A stretch of 57,556 nt of DNA from positions 1-57,556 of IMG/VR virus record IMGVR_UViG_3300044210_000034; one strand, written 5' to 3'. Positions 53,132-57,556 of the stretch are shown here, one piece after another. Position 1 is the stretch's first letter; every line of letters begins with the position of its first letter. The stretch is from a virus (Duplodnaviria > Caudoviricetes). The notes beneath the pieces were generated by a model. It did no database searches and was not told the origin of the DNA. It saw only the letters and a program-made list of their open reading frames with translations. Made by a program: the position numbers and the translations under genes.

Positions 53132-53700
53132 GGTTCTACAAGGCCACGGTCCGGCGCCTCGTCGAGGTGCCGGGCCTGGTCGCCCTCGGGCACTACGCGG
53201 GCTGGCCCTGCGCCGTGCTGGCGCTCGCCATGCGGGTGGCGGCCGTGCTGTGGGGCTACGCCGCCTGCTACGCCGTCGGCGCCGCGCTGCTGCCCTTCCT
53301 GGTCGCGCTGCTGGCGCACGGCTCGGGCATCTGCACCCGGGGCGGCTGCGCCGTGCTGATGAGCGCCACGCCCACCGAGGCGGCGGCGCGCTACCGCTGG
53401 TGGCTGCACCACGTGCACCACCAGCTCACGAGCAAGGTCACGTGGTCGATCCTCGCCGCGTGGTTCGTGCTCACCTTCGTGATCGTGAACCCGATCGCCT
53501 CGGGCGTGCCCGTGGTCGCGCTGCTCGCGGTCGAGCTGCGCGCCATCCGGCTGCACTCGCGCCTGCGGCCGTGGTGCCGCTGGTGCAACGGGCGCGGCAA
53601 GGACGACGAGGACCCGATCGGCCCTCCGCCGCCCGGCGGCCTGGCCGTGCCGGTGCCCGCCGACCACCGGATCGAAAGGATCAAGGAACATGCACACTGA
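53128..53700 (+). CDS. Membrane protein
   Basis: Several TMs; HGSGICTRGGC and WCRWC. Confidence 0.65.
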   Translation: MRFYKATVRRLVEVPGLVALGHYAGWPCAVLALAMRVAAVLWGYAACYAVGAALLPFLVALLAHGSGICTRGGCAVLMSATPTEAAARYRWWLHHVHHQLTSKVTWSILAAWFVLTFVIVNPIASGVPVVALLAVELRAIRLHSRLRPWCRWCNGRGKDDEDPIGPPPPGGLAVPVPADHRIERIKEHAH

Positions 53701-54424
53701 CCCGGACGGGATCGTGCACCCCGTCACGCTCAAGGCCGAGGTCGAGTCGGCCGACGTGCACTACGCCGCCTGCGACGCCTGCGGGGCGCGCTGGGCCGGG
53801 CCGTTCACCACCCCCGCGATGGCGGCCCGGGTCGCCGAGCTGGCGAACGCCGACGCGCTCTACGACCTGCCCGGCCGGTGCCGGGTCGGCGCGGGCGGGC
53901 CGTGCTGCAAGAACGGCGTGCCGGTCGAGGCGCCGGTGCCCGGAGCGGCCCGGCTCGCCGACGACCAGGACGCCCCGCCGCTGCACACGCAGGTGCTCGA
54001 CGTCGCGCTCGGGCTCGGCAAGGGCGCGGTGCTGGTCGCCTTCCTGCTCTACACCACGGTGCGCGGGCTGGTCGGGTTCGTCCTCGGCACCGCCCGGTTC
54101 CTGGTCCGGCTCGGCTGGTGGTCCCTGGCGATCGTCGTCGCGGTCGCCGTGATGGGCCACGCGGTCGGCTCGGTGATGCCCGCGCCGGGCACCCTGGCGC
54201 CGCTCGTGCTCGGCGGGCTCGCGCTGGTGGCGATGTCGGTCCTGGTCGCCGTGCTCGGCCGCCGGGTGCTGGCCGACCTGCGGGCACCGGCCGCCGCGCC
54301 GAACTACTCAACCCCCTTGACTACGCAACCGGGTGGCGCTACCGTGGAACACGTCAGCACGACCCCGGCTGACGGCAAGCCCCAAGGGGTGACGGGGGGC
54401 GCCGCAGGTACGCGGCAACCGTGA
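53690..54424 (+). CDS. Cys-rich N-domain plus membrane protein
   Basis: AAGGA SD; CDAC; TM segments. Confidence 0.55.
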   Translation: MHTDPDGIVHPVTLKAEVESADVHYAACDACGARWAGPFTTPAMAARVAELANADALYDLPGRCRVGAGGPCCKNGVPVEAPVPGAARLADDQDAPPLHTQVLDVALGLGKGAVLVAFLLYTTVRGLVGFVLGTARFLVRLGWWSLAIVVAVAVMGHAVGSVMPAPGTLAPLVLGGLALVAMSVLVAVLGRRVLADLRAPAAAPNYSTPLTTQPGGATVEHVSTTPADGKPQGVTGGAAGTRQP

Positions 54425-54468
54425 CCGGCCCGGCACGGACCAACACCGGGCCACCGAAGGGAGATCCA

Positions 54469-54855
54469 ATGCCAGCAGCAGCCAGGCCGAGCAAGGCGGC
54501 GGCGCCCGCGCCGGTCGCGCCCGCCGAGATCACCGTGCCGGTGCTCGGCGAGCTGGTGGCCTACCAGAACCGGCAGGCCGACTTCGACGCCTTCCGGGCC
54601 ATCGGCGGCCGGGCGGTCGCCACCTGGTCGGCCACCAAGCAGGCGGGCACCACGCTGGCGACCGCCGCCGGGCTGAACGCCGTCGAGATGTGGGCGCTGG
54701 TCGAGGACGGCTCGCCGTTCGTCGTCCTGGCCCGTTTCACCCGCAAGAGTCGTGGCACCGTCGCGCACGCCGAGATCGTCGGCGCGGCGAGGACCGTTCC
54801 GGCGCCGGACACTGACGAGGTGACCGACGCCGCGAGCACCACGAGCACCGACTGA
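54469..54855 (+). CDS. Hypothetical protein
   Basis: AAGGGAG SD. Confidence 0.7.
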   Translation: MPAAARPSKAAAPAPVAPAEITVPVLGELVAYQNRQADFDAFRAIGGRAVATWSATKQAGTTLATAAGLNAVEMWALVEDGSPFVVLARFTRKSRGTVAHAEIVGAARTVPAPDTDEVTDAASTTSTD

Positions 54856-54940
54856 GCACGACCGACCCCGGGGCGACCGCCGCGAGCACCGCGCCCCGGG
54901 GTCGGGCTTCTGCACCCCGAGTCCGAGAGAAGTGATCACG

Positions 54941-55222
54941 ATGTCCGACGTCACCGTCGTGCCGAACACCTCCACCCTCACCCCGCTGCACTCGGCGATG
55001 ACCCACGACCCGCTGACCGGGTTCCGGGCGCGCCACGACTGCCCCGACGGCGGCCAGTGGATCGGCGCCCCCCGCCCGAGCGAGTTCGAGGCGTGGGGCG
55101 ACGCGGCCAGCCACGAGGCGGCCTGCCGCCACCGCCAGCACCGGACCGTTCCGGCGCGCCTGCCGCGCGTCACCGCCCGGGGCGGCTACTACAACATCCC
55201 GGCAGGTGAGCCGTGCGAGTGA
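54941..55222 (+). CDS. Hypothetical protein
   Basis: First of a coupled series of small ORFs (55219-55386, 55386-55559, 55556-55726). Confidence 0.55.
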   Translation: MSDVTVVPNTSTLTPLHSAMTHDPLTGFRARHDCPDGGQWIGAPRPSEFEAWGDAASHEAACRHRQHRTVPARLPRVTARGGYYNIPAGEPCE

Positions 55223-55777
55223 TCCTGCTCAGCCCCGAGGAAGCACTCGACGTGCTCGACGCCGTGCGCGACGCCACCGAGCGCGGGCTGTCCGTGCGGG
55301 TTGCGGACGACGAGGGCTCGTTCAAGGTCAAGATCGGCTACGGCGCCTGGTCGCCGCCCCTCGGCGTGGTCGAGGTGGATGACTGATGCGCTGCCGCGAC
55401 TGCGAGTTCGAGCTGCCCGACGACTTCCCTCTCGTGGCGACGGTGGACGCCACCACGGCCCGGGTCGAGGTGGCGCTGTGCGCGCCCTGCGCCCGCGCCG
55501 ACGAGGCCCGGGTGACCGGGCGCACCGTCGAGGCGCGCACGGGCGTGATGACCCCGTGAGCGACATCCCGCCGCCCTCGCGCTACCTCGACGGCCCCGAC
55601 CGGCCGGGCATGTTCCCGACGTGGAGTGAGGCGCTCGCCGCACTGACGGCGTGGGCCGTGCTGTCCGTGGCGATCGTCGGTACGGTGATCGGTCTCGGCT
55701 GGCTGGCCCTCCACCTGGTCACCTGAGCTGCCGCGCTCGTGCGCCTGGCCGGGGTGCACGAGCGCGGCGACACCCCG

Positions 55778-55819
55778 ACACTCCACCCCCTTGCGCAGAT
55801 GCTCAAGGGGGTGTAGTGT
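55778..55819 (+). promoter_or_regulatory. Palindromic promoter/operator
   Basis: ACACTCCACCCCCTTGCG-CAGATG-CTCAAGGGGGTGTAGTGT. Confidence 0.85.
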
Positions 55820-55856
55820 TGCTACCAGCACCGAACAGGAAAGGAGGGCAACCACC

Positions 55857-56261
55857 ATGGACCTGCCCGACATCACCCCGCGCATCGTGGCGCCGGACGT
55901 GGTGATGCTCCCCCGGGGCTTCATCCTTGGTCCGCTCGAAGGGATCGGACCGCTCGCGCTGATCTTGTCGGTGAGGGAAGACACCGGCCAGCGCGTGACG
56001 ACGTTCATCGCCGCCGAGATCCTGCACCCGCTCATCGAGACGGACGCGGACGGCGGCGAGGGGCTCGACCTGACGCAGGTCGACCCCGACCTGTTCTGCC
56101 GGGCGACGGTCGTCGGCTGGCCGGACGAGTGGGCACCGGGCGGACCCGGCCAGGTGCTCGCCAACGGGATGGCGGCGGCGCTGCTCGCCGGTACCCCGTG
56201 GCACCAGGTGCGGGCGAGGGCCGAGCGCCTCGCTGCACTCAGCACGGCATCGCTCAACTGA
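55857..56261 (+). CDS. Hypothetical protein, allele B (intact)
   Basis: AAGGAGG SD; homolog of 1-381. Confidence 0.75.
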   Translation: MDLPDITPRIVAPDVVMLPRGFILGPLEGIGPLALILSVREDTGQRVTTFIAAEILHPLIETDADGGEGLDLTQVDPDLFCRATVVGWPDEWAPGGPGQVLANGMAAALLAGTPWHQVRARAERLAALSTASLN

Positions 56262-56323
56262 TCACCCGCGCCCGGCGACCGCCGGGCGGTCACGCAAGGC
56301 CACCGGAAAGCGAGAACAGCATC

Positions 56324-57034
56324 ATGACCGAGCAGTCCACCACCGTGGCGACCCGGACCCCGGACGCCACCGAGGGCAGCATCGTCGACACCACCTACTC
56401 GATCAAGGCCGACGGGTACATCACCACGGCCGCCGACCCCGGCTTCCGCTACGGGCAGACCGTCACCGGCACGTTCGAGGGCCGGGTCAGCGGCACCGGC
56501 ATCAGCCGCCGGTGGGATAACAAGGCCGCCCGCGACTACACCCTGACGATCGACTCGATCGCGGTCGACGGCGAGCCCGGCGCTCCCGACGGCATCGCGG
56601 CCGACGAGGTGGTCGTCTCCCTCGACGGCCGGTTCGAGCTGCCGACCGACCCCGCCTACACCTACGGGCAGACCCTCGCCGGGACCTTCACCGGCCGCAT
56701 CGACGGCGAGAGCGTCCGGGCGGGCTACAACAAGACGACCCGGGTCTACCGGGTCAGCGTCACCGAGCTGGTCGGCGAGGGCATCGACGCCTCGTTCATC
56801 CGGCCCGAGTCGGTCACCGACGCGGCCGACGACGCACTCGCCAAGCTCGACCAGCTCGCCAAGGCCGTGATCCGGGTGCCCGCGCCCGAGCCGGTCGAGA
56901 CCAGCCGGGTGCGCCGGGCGTGGAAGTCCTTCCGGCGCGGCCCGTTCGGCTGGGTGCCGATGTGGTTCGGCTTCATCGCGCTGTGGGTCGGCATCACCTT
57001 GACCCTGCGCGCGGTGGCGCTGGTCCTCGGCTGA
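56324..57034 (+). CDS. Membrane-anchored two-repeat protein, allele B
   Basis: Homolog of 442-1125 with near-identical TM tail. Confidence 0.8.
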   Translation: MTEQSTTVATRTPDATEGSIVDTTYSIKADGYITTAADPGFRYGQTVTGTFEGRVSGTGISRRWDNKAARDYTLTIDSIAVDGEPGAPDGIAADEVVVSLDGRFELPTDPAYTYGQTLAGTFTGRIDGESVRAGYNKTTRVYRVSVTELVGEGIDASFIRPESVTDAADDALAKLDQLAKAVIRVPAPEPVETSRVRRAWKSFRRGPFGWVPMWFGFIALWVGITLTLRAVALVLG

Positions 57035-57051
57035 CCGCTCACCGATCCGGG

Positions 57052-57091
57052 CACTACACCCCCTTGAGTGAATGCTCAAGGGGGTGTAGTG
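57052..57091 (+). promoter_or_regulatory. Palindromic promoter/operator
   Basis: CACTACACCCCCTTGAG-TGAATG-CTCAAGGGGGTGTAGTG, perfect 17 bp arms. Confidence 0.85.
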
Positions 57092-57135
57092 TTTCTACTG
57101 ACCGCGACGCCCCCGAGTCCGACGAGGTGACCCCG

Positions 57136-57453
57136 ATGCACGAACTGCCCCGTCGCGCGGCTCGAAAGCCGCACGACGTCCTGAAGAGCCGCGCGCTGGC
57201 GCGCTGGCTGAACGAGCACGACCCCACCGACGACCCGGTGGGCTGGCAGATCAGCGACACCGGCACGGTGTGGACCGAGGCGGTGGCCTTCCCGGGCCGC
57301 TCGGTCGAGCACCGGGCGCAGGTGATCGCCATCGAGCCCGGCTTCTACCTGCTCGCCGTCCCGCTGTGCGACGTCGAGGGGCTCTACACCCCGCAGGACG
57401 TCACCACGCTGGCCGCCGCCAGCGCCTACCTCGAAGGAAGGAACACCCCGTGA
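57136..57453 (+). CDS. Hypothetical protein, allele B
   Basis: Homolog of 1227-1538. Confidence 0.75.
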   Translation: MHELPRRAARKPHDVLKSRALARWLNEHDPTDDPVGWQISDTGTVWTEAVAFPGRSVEHRAQVIAIEPGFYLLAVPLCDVEGLYTPQDVTTLAAASAYLEGRNTP

Positions 57454-57556
57454 CCGGGTTCGACCACATCGACCGCCCCGCCGGGCAGGTGAGCCGGTTC
57501 GAGCACGACGTGCGCCGCGCGCTCGCCGCGCTGATCGACGGCGGCACCGTCGCCGA

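Larger units (their letters stand above)
1..57556. mobile_element. Tailed actinobacteriophage genome (siphovirus-like), apparently complete or circularly permuted, with a conjugation-like module
   Basis: Terminase-portal-protease-capsid-tail-tape measure-lysin order, WhiB, Prim-Pol, very high GC, homologous contig ends, no host housekeeping genes. Confidence 0.93.
55881..57556 (+). repeat. Diverged copy B of the terminal region (homologous to 1-1635)
   Basis: Identical 126 bp and 77 bp flanks, diverged interior. Confidence 0.95.

Overview
A near-complete, very GC-rich tailed actinobacteriophage genome (siphovirus layout, about 55.9 kb unit length; the contig ends carry two diverged copies of the same ~1.6 kb region). 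Order: early cassette region of small genes each headed by a ~40 bp palindromic promoter/operator (1-7.5 kb, 49.8-57.5 kb); a ~570 nt ORF-poor, highly structured RNA locus (4.62-5.19 kb); a leftward TraB/FtsK + spread-protein-like module resembling actinomycete conjugative elements (8.9-14.5 kb) with dense CGTCCG repeats; terminase, portal, MuF-like, ClpP protease, HK97-type capsid, neck, tail, tape measure and tail tip (14.5-35.8 kb); lysis (35.9-37.8 kb); leftward recombination/regulation genes (EndoVII, PD-(D/E)XK exonuclease, WhiB); and an RHH + Prim-Pol/AAA replicon with a candidate origin, HNH and SF2 helicase. I found no integrase, DNA polymerase, reverse transcriptase, CRISPR array or canonical tRNA. 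The strongest candidates for new biology are the phage-borne TraB-type transfer module with clt-like repeats, the large structured RNA, and the palindrome-delimited cassette regulon. All protein calls come from motif recognition by eye; no searches were run.
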